From an uncultured Candidatus Saccharibacteria bacterium (lineage in GTDB: Bacteria; Patescibacteriota; Dojkabacteria; SC72): a DNA stretch of 64,000 nucleotides. Within the stretch, counting starts at the first letter, position 1. Each line of letters opens with the position of its first letter. The translations under genes and the position numbers were made by a program. The stretch covers positions 120,035 through 184,034 of the forward strand of contig CAZSUV010000001.1 of the NCBI GenBank assembly GCA_964610125.1. Direction: 5' to 3'. Positions 1 through 10,311 of this stretch are shown piece after piece. A model generated the notes under the pieces. That model searched no databases. It was given only the letters and a program-made list of their open reading frames with translations, and was not told where the DNA came from.

Positions 1-81
1 GCACAATTTGCATCTAGAGGTAGAGTGTCAAGATTAAATAAAAGAAGATCACATCTTAATTTAGAATTAAAAGTTAAGTAA
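1..81 (+). CDS. rplV: 50S ribosomal protein L22, C-terminal fragment (gene starts upstream of window)
   Basis: In-frame translation to a stop at 79-81 gives ...ASRGRVSRLNKRRSHLNLELKVK, which resembles the L22 C-terminus. It sits directly upstream of rpsC, the canonical order. Confidence 0.6.
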   Translation, partial: AQFASRGRVSRLNKRRSHLNLELKVK

Positions 82-82
82 C

Positions 83-730
83 ATGGGAAGAAAGGTCAAT
101 CCAAACGCAATAAGAATGGGAATAAATAAAATCTGGGATGCAGTCTGGTATGCAGACAAAGCTCAGTTCCCTAAGATTTTTGCACAAGATTTGAAAATTG
201 AAGAAAAGATTAGAAAAACATTGAAAGATGCAGGAGTTGATCAAGTTCAAATCATGAGATCTGCAAACAAGATAGAAGTATTGGTAAGTGTTGCTAGACC
301 TGGTGTAGCTATTGGAAGAGGTGGAGAAGGAATAGACAAACTACAGAAGGAAATGAAGAACATGACTAAGATGGAAATAGAAGTAAAGATTAAAGAAGTT
401 AAGAAAGCAGATATGTCTGCAAGAATAATTGCAAGAACAATAGCTGAAGGTATTGAAAGAAGACAACCTTCTAAGCTTTTAATGATGAGTGCAAAAGAAA
501 AAGCAATGATGGCAGGTGCAAAAGGATTGAGAATTTGGATATCAGGAAGAATCAATAACGCAAGTCAAGCAAGAACAATCAAGGTAACAGCAGGAACAGT
601 TCCAGCTCAAACTTTGAAAGCAGATATTGATTTTGCAATGGATACAGCTAAAACATTGGATGCAGGATTGATGGGTGTAAAGGTATGGATATACAAAGGA
701 ACTAAGACAGACTATCAAGACGAAGAATAA
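83..730 (+). CDS. rpsC: 30S ribosomal protein S3
   Basis: N-terminus MGRKVNPNAIRMG; KH-domain signature; 215 aa; position in the S10/spc operon order. Confidence 0.95.
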   Translation: MGRKVNPNAIRMGINKIWDAVWYADKAQFPKIFAQDLKIEEKIRKTLKDAGVDQVQIMRSANKIEVLVSVARPGVAIGRGGEGIDKLQKEMKNMTKMEIEVKIKEVKKADMSARIIARTIAEGIERRQPSKLLMMSAKEKAMMAGAKGLRIWISGRINNASQARTIKVTAGTVPAQTLKADIDFAMDTAKTLDAGLMGVKVWIYKGTKTDYQDEE

Positions 731-749
731 ACTATTTAATTAGACTACT

Positions 750-1166
750 ATGAACTTACAACCTAAAAAAAGAAAATACAGGAAAGAATTTAGAGGAAGA
801 ATGGGTGGAGTAGCTACTGCTAACAACAAGTTGGCTTTTGGAGAATATGGAATGAAGGCTATGGAAAATGGTTGGTTGGAAGCTAGAGAAATAGAGTCTG
901 CAAGAAAAGCAATCACAGGACATATTAAGAGAAAAGGAAAAGTTTGGATCAAGGTATTCCCACAGAAACCATACACACATAAAACAGTAAACAGTAAGAT
1001 GATTGGTGGTAAAGGAGCAATTGAAGGATATGTCGCAGTAATAGTTCCAGGGACATTACTTTTTGAAATGAGTGGTGTAGATGAAGCTACTGCAAAGGAA
1101 GCAATGAGACTTGGTGCACAGAAGTTGTCTCTCAAAGCTAAGTTTGTTACAAAGACTGCAATATAG
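750..1166 (+). CDS. rplP: 50S ribosomal protein L16
   Basis: MNLQPKKRKYRKEFRGR... matches the L16 N-terminal consensus; 138 aa. Confidence 0.95.
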   Translation: MNLQPKKRKYRKEFRGRMGGVATANNKLAFGEYGMKAMENGWLEAREIESARKAITGHIKRKGKVWIKVFPQKPYTHKTVNSKMIGGKGAIEGYVAVIVPGTLLFEMSGVDEATAKEAMRLGAQKLSLKAKFVTKTAI

Positions 1167-1219
1167 CTTGAGAATAAGATAAATAATTGATAGAATACAA
1201 GCCGTTACCAAATAAAAAT

Positions 1220-1474
1220 ATGAAAAAAGAAATAGCAAAAATAACAAAGAAGAGAGAGATAAGTGGAGTAGTAGTCAGCAACAAAATGACTGGTACAGTT
1301 CGTGTTCAAATCGAAGAAATATACAGTCACAAAGAATACTCTAAAGTCATGAGAAGACAAAAGACATTCTTTGCTCATACAAATGAACCATTGGAAATTG
1401 GAGATAAGGTAACAATTAGAGAATCTAAGCCATTCTCAAAGAATGTAAATTGGGTAGTTGTAAGCAAACAATAA
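1220..1474 (+). CDS. rpsQ: 30S ribosomal protein S17. The ORF track starts at 1187 with TTG; an ATG at 1220 gives the canonical 84 aa protein.
   Basis: [17 protein letters not shown]...[21 protein letters not shown] matches S17. No L29 gene lies between rplP and rpsQ. Confidence 0.9.
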   Translation: MKKEIAKITKKREISGVVVSNKMTGTVRVQIEEIYSHKEYSKVMRRQKTFFAHTNEPLEIGDKVTIRESKPFSKNVNWVVVSKQ

Positions 1475-1475
1475 T

Positions 1476-1847
1476 ATGGTACAAAGAGAAACATTATTAA
1501 CAATTGCAGATAACAGTGGAGCTAAGATTGCCAAAGTATTTGGTATTCCAGGAGCATCTAAGAAAAAATATGCACACATCGGTGATGTCGTTAATGTAGC
1601 AGTACAGAAAGCATTGCCAAATAGTGGAGTAAAAACACACGAAGTTGGAAAAGCAGTAATAGTAAGAGTACATAAAGAATATAGAAGAAAAGATGGAACA
1701 TATATTAGATTTGATGATAATGCAGGTGTATTGATAGATCCAAAGAGTAAAGCACCTAAGGGATCAAGAATATTTGGCCCAGTAGCTAGAGAGTTAAAAG
1801 AGAAGGGATTTGATAAAATAGTATCTCTTGCTCCAGAAGTATTGTAA
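1476..1847 (+). CDS. rplN: 50S ribosomal protein L14
   Basis: [17 protein letters not shown] matches the L14 consensus; 123 aa. Confidence 0.95.
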   Translation: MVQRETLLTIADNSGAKIAKVFGIPGASKKKYAHIGDVVNVAVQKALPNSGVKTHEVGKAVIVRVHKEYRRKDGTYIRFDDNAGVLIDPKSKAPKGSRIFGPVARELKEKGFDKIVSLAPEVL

Positions 1848-1863
1848 TTTAAGAAATAAGAAA

Positions 1864-2262
1864 ATGAAGATTAAAAAAGGTGATACAGTAAAAATATTAT
1901 ACGGTAAGGATAGCGGAAAGACAGGTCCTGTTGTTGCTGTAGATCTTAAAAACGATATGGTTGTAGTAAGTGGAGTAAATGTTTCAAAAAGACATTTAAA
2001 AGGAGATGGTAGAACTAGAACATCTGAGATCTTAACAATAGAAAAACCAATGGCAGTTTCAAAAGTGATATTGGTTTGTCCATTGTGTGGAAAAACAACA
2101 AGAGTTGGATTAAAGAGAGAAGATGGAAAGGTAACAAGAATATGTAAGAAATGTGGAAAAGAAATAGCAGATAAGAAAGAAGAGAAAGTTGAAGTAAAGA
2201 AAGAAACAGAAGCAAAAAAGACAGTTAAGAAAACTACAAAATCTAAAACTAATACTAAATAA
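1864..2262 (+). CDS. rplX: 50S ribosomal protein L24 with a C-terminal Cys4 zinc-ribbon and lysine-rich extension
   Basis: KOW motif MKIKKGDTVKILYGKDSGKTGPVV; then CPLCGKTT...CKKCGKE followed by a K-rich tail. The ATG at 1864 is in frame with the track ORF 1828. Confidence 0.85.
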   Translation: MKIKKGDTVKILYGKDSGKTGPVVAVDLKNDMVVVSGVNVSKRHLKGDGRTRTSEILTIEKPMAVSKVILVCPLCGKTTRVGLKREDGKVTRICKKCGKEIADKKEEKVEVKKETEAKKTVKKTTKSKTNTK

Positions 2263-2267
2263 TAAAA

Positions 2268-2822
2268 ATGGCTAGATTACAGGAAGAATATAACAAAACA
2301 ATAAAAGCAGAACTAATGAAAGAGGGAAACTTCACTAATGTTATGGAAGTTCCTACTCTTAAGAAAATAGTTGTAAACATTGGTGCTGGAGAAGCAATCG
2401 CTAATAAAGGTGCTTTGGATGAAATCGTAAAGATGATGGAATTGATAACAGGTCAGAAGCCAGTAGTAAACAAATCTAAGAAAGCTATTGCAGCTTTTAA
2501 ACTTAGAGAAGGTATGGAAATTGGAGTATCAGTAACATTGAGAGGTGAAAGAATGTGGGAATTTTTTGATAAGTTGATAAATGTTGTATTCCCAAGAGTC
2601 AAGGACTTTAGAGGATTGAAAACTAAGTCATTTGATAAAGCTGGGAACTATTCAATAGGTATCGAAGATCATACAATTTTCATTGAAGTTGATCCTAACA
2701 ATGTAACGAAGATAAGAAGCTTGGAAGTAACAATAGTTACTACTGCTAAGGATGCGAAGAGTGGAAAATTACTTTTAGATAAATTTGGATTTCCTTTCAT
2801 AAAAGATGTCAACAGAAGCTAA
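2268..2822 (+). CDS. rplE: 50S ribosomal protein L5
   Basis: Sequence matches L5; 184 aa; operon order. Confidence 0.95.
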   Translation: MARLQEEYNKTIKAELMKEGNFTNVMEVPTLKKIVVNIGAGEAIANKGALDEIVKMMELITGQKPVVNKSKKAIAAFKLREGMEIGVSVTLRGERMWEFFDKLINVVFPRVKDFRGLKTKSFDKAGNYSIGIEDHTIFIEVDPNNVTKIRSLEVTIVTTAKDAKSGKLLLDKFGFPFIKDVNRS

Positions 2823-3000
2823 AGAATACAAAGCAAGACAGTTAAAAATAAAGTCTAAATATACTACAAGGGTATACAATAGATGTGAGTTATGTGGAAG
2901 ATCTAGAGGATACATCAGACATTATGGAATTTGTAGAATATGTTTTAGACAGTTAGCGAGTGAGGGAAGAATCCCTGGTGTTCAAAAGTCAATTTGGTAA
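2806..3000 (+). CDS. rpsZ: 30S ribosomal protein S14 type Z (zinc-binding)
   Basis: [38 protein letters not shown] carries the C-x2-C...C-x2-C zinc ribbon of short S14; 64 aa. Confidence 0.9.
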   Translation: MSTEAKEYKARQLKIKSKYTTRVYNRCELCGRSRGYIRHYGICRICFRQLASEGRIPGVQKSIW

Positions 3001-3020
3001 TTTAATTATATATAAATAGA

Positions 3021-3398
3021 ATGAACGATTTAATTGCTGATTTGTTAGCAAGAATGCAAAACTCAATAATGAGAAAAGAAAGAGTTGTTAACGTAATCAA
3101 TACAAAGATGAATATGGAACTCTTAAGGGTACTTAAGGAAGAAGAGATGATTAAAAGCTTTGAAGCTAAGGATAAGAACATTGAAGTAGAATTAGCATAT
3201 GATGGAAATGAACCAGTAATTGCTCACTTCACAAGAGTAAGCAAATTGGGTCAAAGAATTTATGTGTCTAAAAAAGAGATAACTCCAGTTATGAATGGAA
3301 GAGGTATTGCAATAATCAGTACACCTTCTGGATTAATGAGTGGAGCAATGGCTAAAAGCAAGGGCTTAGGCGGTGAATTAATATGTAAAATCTGGTAA
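3021..3398 (+). CDS. rpsH: 30S ribosomal protein S8
   Basis: MNDLIADLLARMQNS matches the S8 N-terminal consensus. Confidence 0.95.
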   Translation: MNDLIADLLARMQNSIMRKERVVNVINTKMNMELLRVLKEEEMIKSFEAKDKNIEVELAYDGNEPVIAHFTRVSKLGQRIYVSKKEITPVMNGRGIAIISTPSGLMSGAMAKSKGLGGELICKIW

Positions 3399-3403
3399 TT
3401 GAA

Positions 3404-3946
3404 ATGTCTAGAATAGGTTTAAAACCAATCACAATTGAAGATGGAGTAACAGTATTAATAAATGGAGCTGATATTACAGTTACAGGACCTAAGGGTGAAT
3501 TAAAGTTTACTCTTCCTAAAGATATTAGCGTAGAGGTTAAAGAGAATGTAATATATCTATCTTCAGTAGAAGATACAAAGCAATCTCACTCTAACCATGG
3601 TACATTTAGAATGTTAATCGCAAATGCAGTTGAAGGTGTAAAAAATGGATTTGAAAAGAAATTAGAATTGGTAGGTGTTGGTTACAGAGCGAGAATGGAA
3701 GGATTAACATTAGTAATGAGCCTAGGATGGAACCATCCTACAAAAGTTGAACCAGTAGCAGGAATCGATCTAGAGGTACCTGATGAAACAAAGATAACGG
3801 TAAAAGGATTTGATAAACAACAGGTTGGTGAGTTTGCTGCTAAAATAAGAGCAATCAGAAAACCAGAGCCATATAAAGGAAAAGGAATCAGATATGAGGG
3901 TGAATATGTTAAGAGAAAGAGTTCTAAATCTAGTTTAGGTAAATAA
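3404..3946 (+). CDS. rplF: 50S ribosomal protein L6
   Basis: MSRIGLKPITIEDGVTV; two L6 repeat domains; 180 aa. Confidence 0.95.
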   Translation: MSRIGLKPITIEDGVTVLINGADITVTGPKGELKFTLPKDISVEVKENVIYLSSVEDTKQSHSNHGTFRMLIANAVEGVKNGFEKKLELVGVGYRARMEGLTLVMSLGWNHPTKVEPVAGIDLEVPDETKITVKGFDKQQVGEFAAKIRAIRKPEPYKGKGIRYEGEYVKRKSSKSSLGK

Positions 3947-3948
3947 GA

Positions 3949-4272
3949 ATGAAAAATACTAAAGAACAAAAAAGAGCAAGAAGAAAATTGCATATAAGAA
4001 AGAATGTGAATGGTACTGCAACTAAGCCTAGAATTTTTGTATTCAAAAGCAACAAATTCTTCTATGCAGGTATTGCAGATGATGAAAAGAATATTGTTCT
4101 TAAGTCTGTAATGTGTAAGAAGAATGCAGAAGGAATCAAAGGAATGGCTACAACATTTGGAAAAGAAGTTGCAAAATTTGATAGTGCAGTATTTGATAGA
4201 AGTGGTTACAGATATCATGGTTTAATCCAGATATTTGCAGACGAATTAAGAGCAAACGGAGTTAAAATTTAG
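3949..4272 (+). CDS. rplR: 50S ribosomal protein L18
   Basis: KRARRKLHIRK...TKPRIFVFKSNKFFYA matches L18. Confidence 0.9.
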   Translation: MKNTKEQKRARRKLHIRKNVNGTATKPRIFVFKSNKFFYAGIADDEKNIVLKSVMCKKNAEGIKGMATTFGKEVAKFDSAVFDRSGYRYHGLIQIFADELRANGVKI

Positions 4273-4287
4273 TTTAATACAAAAGAG

Positions 4288-4917
4288 ATGGTAGATCTAA
4301 GAAGAAACAACAAAGAAAGAAAAGAATTTGATAAGAAGTCTCTTGCAATAAGAAGAGTCGCTAAAGTTACCAAGGGTGGTAAAAGATTGCGATTCAGCAC
4401 TATTGTAATTGTTGGAGATCATAATGGTCGAGTTGGAATTGGACTTGGAAGAGGTGCTGATGTTAAAAGCGCAGTAGAAAAAGGAGAAAGATTAGCAACT
4501 AAATCTGTAACAGCTATACAGTTGATTGGGGACACCATCCCACACGAGGTTGTTTACAAATATGGTGCAGCTGAAGTTATGTTAAGACCTGCAAGACCAG
4601 GTACTGGTGTAATCGCAGGATCTTCAGTAAGAACAGTATTAGAATTGGCAGGAGTATTAAATGTATATGGTAAAATATTAGGAACACAAGAAGTTAATGC
4701 AAATGCATACTGTACTGTAGAAGCTTTGAAATCATTGAGAAATGGAAGAGTATTAAGAAAAATGACAAAGATGAGAGCAAGAGTTGATTTGAAGAATGAA
4801 ATGGATAAAGAAAAGAAAGCTAAAGATGATGTAAAGAGACAGAAGAAATATGAAGCTAAAAAAGAAGCATTCAAAAAAGAAAACAAGAGAACACCTAAAG
4901 TAAGTAATAAAAAATAA
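4288..4917 (+). CDS. rpsE: 30S ribosomal protein S5 with a K/E-rich C-terminal extension
   Basis: VAKVTKGGKRLRFSTIVIVGDHNGRVGIGLGRGADV matches the S5 dsRBD; an extended charged tail follows. Confidence 0.95.
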   Translation: MVDLRRNNKERKEFDKKSLAIRRVAKVTKGGKRLRFSTIVIVGDHNGRVGIGLGRGADVKSAVEKGERLATKSVTAIQLIGDTIPHEVVYKYGAAEVMLRPARPGTGVIAGSSVRTVLELAGVLNVYGKILGTQEVNANAYCTVEALKSLRNGRVLRKMTKMRARVDLKNEMDKEKKAKDDVKRQKKYEAKKEAFKKENKRTPKVSNKK

Positions 4918-5360
4918 TGTATCTAGAAAACATACCAAAAAGAAACAATAGAACAATGAAGGGAAAGAGAATCGGAAGAGGATATGGATCCGGTGTTGGT
5001 GGTCACACAGTTGGTAGAGGTTCTAAAGGACAGAAATCAAGAACAGGACACAAATCATTGGAATTCTTTGAAGGTGGTAATGTTGCTTTCTACAGAAGAA
5101 TGCCTAAATACAAAGGTTTCAACCAGAGCAGAAAGATTGAAAATGATGCAGTAAACGTAAATACATTAGAAAAGGAATTTAAAGCAGGTGAGGTTGTGTC
5201 AGTAGATACATTGAAAGAAAAAGGTATTATCAAAAAGAACTCTCAAGGTGTAAAAATCTTGGGTAAGGGTGAAATCAAAATCAAACTCAATATCGAAGGT
5301 GTTGCAGTCTCCGCCGCTGCAAAAGAGAAGATCATGAAAGCCGGGGGAACTATTAAATAG
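4917..5360 (+). CDS. rplO: 50S ribosomal protein L15, directly abutting rpsE with no L30 gene between
   Basis: GKRIGRGYGSGVGGHTVGRGSKGQKSR matches L15. Its start overlaps the rpsE stop. Confidence 0.95.
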   Translation: MYLENIPKRNNRTMKGKRIGRGYGSGVGGHTVGRGSKGQKSRTGHKSLEFFEGGNVAFYRRMPKYKGFNQSRKIENDAVNVNTLEKEFKAGEVVSVDTLKEKGIIKKNSQGVKILGKGEIKIKLNIEGVAVSAAAKEKIMKAGGTIK

Positions 5361-5371
5361 CCTCTCAAAAA

Positions 5372-6637
5372 ATGACAAATCTAAAAGAGAAAATCCTGTC
5401 CCTTTTCAGGACAAAGGAGATTAGAAATAAAATCATATTTTCACTATTAATTCTTGTTGCATACAGAGTGCTTTCTGCTATCCCAGTCTCAGGTATACCA
5501 GCAGAAGCCTTAGTTCAACTATTTAAGGGAACTCAGTTAGGGGATGTATTATCTACTGTATCAGGCGGTGTTTTAGAATCCGCTTCATTAGTAGCTATCG
5601 GATTAACACCATACATTAACGCATCAATCATATTCCAACTCTTAGGAACAGTAATTCCAAAACTCGCAGAATTAAGAAAAGAAGGCGCAGATGGGAGAAG
5701 AAAGATTAGTATGTATACTAGAATCGCAACCGTACCTTTGGCTATACTTCAATCATTTGTTATATATTCAACTCTAAGAGGATTTGGGTTAATAGATACA
5801 TTAGGTACATTGGAGTTAGTAGGAATGTCTGCTGCTTTAACCGCAGGATCTATGATTATGATGTGGTTTAGTGAACTCATATCTGAACAAGGTGTTGGTG
5901 GAGGATCTTCATATCTCATTATGTTAGGAATTCTCTCGGGAATCCCAGGTACAGTTAGAACCAACTTCATAACTATGGATCCAACGCAGAAAATATTATT
6001 CTTTGTAGTCGCAATTGTTTTGGTAGTTTCTACAATTATAATCACTCAAGCAGAACGAAGAATCCCAATTCAATACTCAAGGAGAGTAAGAGAGGGTGGA
6101 GCTATGGACAGCTATATCCCTATCAAACTAACTCAATCTGGAGTTATGCCTGTAATCTTTGCAATGTCACTATTATCATTCCCTCAATTAATTGCAAAGT
6201 TTTTGGTAAGTAAGAATTACTCTGAAGGTTTAACTACCTTCGCAAATAATGTGCAAACATGGCTATCCAATACCTATATCTATGAATCTATGGTCTTTAT
6301 ATTCATCATTGCATTCGCACTCTTCTACCTAACCGTAGTATTCAATACCGACGAGTTAGCAGAAAATCTTCAAAAACAAGGTGCCTTTATACAAGGTGTT
6401 AGACCTGGTAATACCACCTCTGACTATTTGAAATCCACAGCATTAAAACTAACCGTTGTAGGTGCCTTATTCCTGGCTTTAGTATCTGTATTACCAAGCT
6501 TCATGATCCATTTCGGACTCATTACAGCAAGCGTAATAACGGGTACAGGGCTTTTGATTGTCATAGGAGTGATCCTTGACATGAAGAGGCAGGTAGAGTC
6601 TATGATGGTTGTGAGAAAATACGACAAGTATCTTTAG
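5372..6637 (+). CDS. secY: Preprotein translocase subunit SecY
   Basis: 421 aa, 10-TM profile, SecY motifs; lies between rplO and adk. Confidence 0.95.
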   Translation: MTNLKEKILSLFRTKEIRNKIIFSLLILVAYRVLSAIPVSGIPAEALVQLFKGTQLGDVLSTVSGGVLESASLVAIGLTPYINASIIFQLLGTVIPKLAELRKEGADGRRKISMYTRIATVPLAILQSFVIYSTLRGFGLIDTLGTLELVGMSAALTAGSMIMMWFSELISEQGVGGGSSYLIMLGILSGIPGTVRTNFITMDPTQKILFFVVAIVLVVSTIIITQAERRIPIQYSRRVREGGAMDSYIPIKLTQSGVMPVIFAMSLLSFPQLIAKFLVSKNYSEGLTTFANNVQTWLSNTYIYESMVFIFIIAFALFYLTVVFNTDELAENLQKQGAFIQGVRPGNTTSDYLKSTALKLTVVGALFLALVSVLPSFMIHFGLITASVITGTGLLIVIGVILDMKRQVESMMVVRKYDKYL

Positions 6638-6697
6638 CCCTTAGACTATTTCATGCTACAATATTGCAGTTAATCTGATCTAGATATATTCAGCTTT

Positions 6698-7345
6698 ATG
6701 AAAACTATACTTTTTCATGGACCTTCAGGGTGCGGTAAAGATACTCAAGCAGATTTATTAGTGAAAAACTATAGATTTGAAAAGATAGTGACTGGGGAAA
6801 TGTTTAGGACTATGTATGATATGGCTGATATAGATGGAATAAAAGCTCATGAGGCATGGGGAAAGGGAAAATTTGTACCTGACGATATCACTTATAGAAT
6901 GCTCCCAAGATGGCTTACCAGATTTAATCCCACTAAGGACTGGATATTTGTGTCTGTAGTAAGAAGCCAGGGTCAAATTGCATTGTTCGATAATCTCTTG
7001 AAAGAATCTAGCAGAAACTTAGATGCATTTATACATTTTAAACTTTCTGAAGAAGCTGCAATTGAAAGAATGTCATTGAGATGGGTGTGTCCTAATTGTA
7101 ATCAAATCTATCATGAGAAATACAAAAAAGAACGGATCCAAGGCTTTTGTGATGCTTGCGGTATGAGGTTAATCCAACGCGAAGATGACCAACCAGAAAG
7201 GATAAAAAGCAGGTTGGAAGAGTACAACAGGACCATACAACCAATCTTGGATGAATATCGAAATAGGGGGATTCTCATTGAAATTGATGCAAGTCCATCG
7301 ATAGAGGAGATACAGAAGGAAATAATCACTAAATTGAACTTGTAA
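6698..7345 (+). CDS. adk: Adenylate kinase with zinc-binding lid
   Basis: P-loop GPSGCGKDTQA; lid CPNCNQ...CDACG. Confidence 0.9.
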   Translation: MKTILFHGPSGCGKDTQADLLVKNYRFEKIVTGEMFRTMYDMADIDGIKAHEAWGKGKFVPDDITYRMLPRWLTRFNPTKDWIFVSVVRSQGQIALFDNLLKESSRNLDAFIHFKLSEEAAIERMSLRWVCPNCNQIYHEKYKKERIQGFCDACGMRLIQREDDQPERIKSRLEEYNRTIQPILDEYRNRGILIEIDASPSIEEIQKEIITKLNL

Positions 7346-7420
7346 ATACCTTCATTTTTTGATATCCTTACCCTGTTCCGTTGTGTATCACAAGAATGTA
7401 TATCAAAATAGCATTTTGTA

Positions 7421-7449
7421 TTGAAAGAACGTCACTATTCTGATATAAT
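7421..7449 (+). promoter_or_regulatory. Sigma70-type promoter upstream of infA: TTGAAA, 17 nt spacer, TATAAT
   Basis: Exact consensus hexamers with a 17 nt spacer lie about 37 nt upstream of the infA ATG, in the adk-infA gap. Confidence 0.5.
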
Positions 7450-7485
7450 TCCTGAGATTCATTTACATAGAAGAAAGACCGTACT

Positions 7486-7722
7486 ATGATCGATAGCAAA
7501 AAAGTTTACGAATTCGAAGGGGTAGTCAAAGAATGTCTTCCCAATACTCAATTCGTAGTCGAGATCAATGTAAATGGAGCTAAGCACGATGTGATAGGGT
7601 ACCTTTCTGGAAAAATGCGAATGCATTTCATCAGAATTCTCGAAGGAGATAAGGTAAAGATAGAAATGACACCCTATGACAAAGAAAAGGGTCGAATTAC
7701 TTTTAGATCAATGAATAAATAA
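7486..7722 (+). CDS. infA: Translation initiation factor IF-1
   Basis: S1-like OB fold; sequence [35 protein letters not shown]. Confidence 0.95.
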   Translation: MIDSKKVYEFEGVVKECLPNTQFVVEINVNGAKHDVIGYLSGKMRMHFIRILEGDKVKIEMTPYDKEKGRITFRSMNK

Positions 7723-7723
7723 A

Positions 7724-7840
7724 ATGAAAGTCCAAGCTTCTGTTAAAAAGAGATGTCCAGATTGTTATTCCGTTAAGAGAGGTGGAAGAGTTTTCGTTTA
7801 CTGTAAGAAGAACGCTAAGCATAAACAAAGACAAGGTTAA
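7724..7840 (+). CDS. rpmJ: 50S ribosomal protein L36 (38 aa). It is not in the ORF track because it is shorter than 60 aa.
   Basis: Manual translation gives [38 protein letters not shown], which has the L36 zinc-ribbon signature. It sits between infA and rpsM. Confidence 0.9.
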   Translation: MKVQASVKKRCPDCYSVKRGGRVFVYCKKNAKHKQRQG

Positions 7841-7869
7841 TTTAACTTTTTAGTTTTTACAAATTTAAG

Positions 7870-8253
7870 ATGGCAAGAATCGCAGGAATAGAAGTAACAA
7901 ATGAAAAGAAAATATGGATTTCCCTCATGGGAATTTACGGTATTGGTACAAAGCGAGCACATGATATTTGTAAAGACACAAACATTGATGAAAATACTTT
8001 AGTTAAGGATCTCTCCGAAGCTCAATTAGATGTAATCAGAAAATACATCGAAGAGAAGTATCAGGTAGAGGGAGCTTTAAGACAAGGCATATTCAGAGAT
8101 ATCAAAAGATTGAAGGATATCAGATGTTACAGAGGAATCCGACATAAATTAGGATTACCTGTAAGAGGTCAGAGAACAAGACATAATGCACATACTAGAA
8201 AAGGTAAGACTAGAGCAGTTGGTGGTTTAAAGAGAGTACTTGCTAAAACTTAA
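7870..8253 (+). CDS. rpsM: 30S ribosomal protein S13
   Basis: MARIAGIEV...GIYGIG matches S13. Confidence 0.95.
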   Translation: MARIAGIEVTNEKKIWISLMGIYGIGTKRAHDICKDTNIDENTLVKDLSEAQLDVIRKYIEEKYQVEGALRQGIFRDIKRLKDIRCYRGIRHKLGLPVRGQRTRHNAHTRKGKTRAVGGLKRVLAKT

Positions 8254-8271
8254 CATCATTTAAATATTTTA

Positions 8272-8688
8272 ATGGCAGATACAAAAACAGCAAAAACAAC
8301 CAAATCAACAAAGGTAATCAAGAAGAAAGCAAAAAAAAGCGTAAACACAGGTATGGCTTTTGTTCAATCAACATTCAACAATACAATTATCACATTAACA
8401 GATGAAGCTGGAGAAGTATTAGGACAGGGTAGCCCAAGTGCAGTTGGATTCAAAGGTGCTAAGAGAAGCACAGCCTTCGCAGCTACAAAAGCAGCAACAG
8501 AATTAGGTGAAAGAGTTGTTAAGAAATATGGATTAAAAGAAGTTAAGGCATTTATAGCTGGACCTGGAGCAGGCAGAAATGCTTCAATCAAAGGATTGGA
8601 TGCAGCTGGAATAAAGATCACAATGTTGGTAGACAGAACACCTATTCCTCACAATGGATGCAGACCAAGAAAAATACCAAGAAAGTAG
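8272..8688 (+). CDS. rpsK: 30S ribosomal protein S11
   Basis: AFVQSTFNNTIITLTDEAGEVL...KGAKRSTAFAA matches S11. Confidence 0.95.
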   Translation: MADTKTAKTTKSTKVIKKKAKKSVNTGMAFVQSTFNNTIITLTDEAGEVLGQGSPSAVGFKGAKRSTAFAATKAATELGERVVKKYGLKEVKAFIAGPGAGRNASIKGLDAAGIKITMLVDRTPIPHNGCRPRKIPRK

Positions 8689-8713
8689 TTAATATTTTTA
8701 GATTTATATATAG

Positions 8714-9325
8714 ATGGGTAGATATACCGGACCAAAAGAAAAACTAAGTAGAAGAGAGGGTGTGAATCTTCACCTTAAAGGTGAGAGATCATTCTCAGAT
8801 AAAGCAGGATCAGTCAGAAGACCTTTTGCTCCTGGTCAACACGGTAATGATAGAAAAGCAAGATTATCCAACTACGGAATTCAACTCAGAGAAAAACAGA
8901 AAGTTAAGAGAACCTATGGATTAAGAGAAAGAAAGATGAAGAGTGTATACATGGAAGCAGATAGAAGAGCAAAGACAAGAAATACAGATAAAGGTATGGA
9001 GCTTCTAAAGATGTTGGAATTGAGATTAGATAATGTTGTTTACATGGCAGGATTAACACCTTCAAGAGGTGCTGCAAGACAGGCAATTGTACACGGAAAC
9101 ATGATTTTAAATGGAAAGAAAATGTCTATACCTTCATATGAAGTAAAAGAAGGTGATGTCGTGACTTTGAAATTGGCAAAACTTGCACCAGCACAGCAAT
9201 TGTTCCCAACTCCTACATGGTTAGAGAGAAAGGACTTGAGTTGTAAGGTATCAAGAATGCCTGTTAGAGAAGATATTGATGAGGGTATTAGAGAAAACCT
9301 AATCATTGAGTTCTACTCTAGATAA
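8714..9325 (+). CDS. rpsD: 30S ribosomal protein S4
   Basis: MGRYTGPKEKLSRREG matches the S4 N-terminus; S4 domain present. Confidence 0.95.
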   Translation: MGRYTGPKEKLSRREGVNLHLKGERSFSDKAGSVRRPFAPGQHGNDRKARLSNYGIQLREKQKVKRTYGLRERKMKSVYMEADRRAKTRNTDKGMELLKMLELRLDNVVYMAGLTPSRGAARQAIVHGNMILNGKKMSIPSYEVKEGDVVTLKLAKLAPAQQLFPTPTWLERKDLSCKVSRMPVREDIDEGIRENLIIEFYSR

Positions 9326-9343
9326 TTTTATATATACATCTAC

Positions 9344-10306
9344 ATGGAAGCTTTTAAAGATATTAAAGTAGTAATTAAAGAAGAGAATGAAAACTATGGA
9401 ATGTTTGAAATATCTCCTCTCCCAAGAGGATATGGTCATACATTAGGCAATGCATTGAGAAGAATCTTGTACTCCAGTCTTAAAGGAACAGGAATCACTA
9501 GTGTAAAAGTCAAAGGTGTAGATCATGAATATTCAACATTGGACGGTGTTAAAGAGAATGTTGTAGATATAATCATGAATCTTAAGCAGATCAAATTCAA
9601 AACAGGTGTAGATGAGAAATTTACATGTAAGATTTCGGTAAAAGGAAAGAAAGTTGTAACGGCAGGAGATATAGAAGTATCTGGAGATTTGGAAGTTGTA
9701 AACAAAGATTTGGTATTAGCAACATTGACTGATGCAGGATCAAAATTAGAAATGGAATTAACAGTAGAATCAGGAGTTGGTTACAGAGATGTCAAGAATG
9801 CAGAAAGAAAAGAAGTTGGATTGATTCCTTTGGATTGTGATTTCACACCAATCGAAAAGATTAGCTTAAGCGTAGAACAAGCTCGTAAGGGACAGGAAAC
9901 TGACTTGGATGCAGTATTGCTAGGAGTCACAACCGATGGTAGCATTACACCTAAAGATGCATTGGTAGAATCTTCAAAGATTCTTCAAGAATTTGCAGGG
10001 AAAGTAATGGTAGCTATGGGAATGTCTCAGAAGGAAGTAGTTGAATTAGCAGAAGAAGCAAATAAAGCAGAAGTCGTCGCAGAAACAACATCTGAAGAGA
10101 GTGACGAAATTGGATCATGGAAAGTTGAAGATTTGCCAATTTCGAAGAGATCTAAAACAGGTCTATTAGCTGGTGGGTACAAGACTATTGCAGATTTGAG
10201 AAATACAACAGCAACTGAACTATTGAACTTACCTGGATTTGGAAACAAATCATTGAATGAAGTTATCGAACTTTTAAATCAGTACGGTGTTAATATTAAG
10301 AACTAA
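9344..10306 (+). CDS. rpoA: DNA-directed RNA polymerase subunit alpha
   Basis: 320 aa; N-terminal dimerisation domain; C-terminal HhH domain (NLPGFGNKSLNEV). Confidence 0.95.
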   Translation: MEAFKDIKVVIKEENENYGMFEISPLPRGYGHTLGNALRRILYSSLKGTGITSVKVKGVDHEYSTLDGVKENVVDIIMNLKQIKFKTGVDEKFTCKISVKGKKVVTAGDIEVSGDLEVVNKDLVLATLTDAGSKLEMELTVESGVGYRDVKNAERKEVGLIPLDCDFTPIEKISLSVEQARKGQETDLDAVLLGVTTDGSITPKDALVESSKILQEFAGKVMVAMGMSQKEVVELAEEANKAEVVAETTSEESDEIGSWKVEDLPISKRSKTGLLAGGYKTIADLRNTTATELLNLPGFGNKSLNEVIELLNQYGVNIKN

Positions 10307-10311
10307 AAAAC

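Noticed and set aside
1187-1219. N-terminal 11-codon extension of rpsQ starting at TTG (track ORF start)
   Set aside because: The in-frame ATG at 1220 yields a canonical 84 aa S17 that aligns from its first residues. The upstream TTG extension is unsupported.
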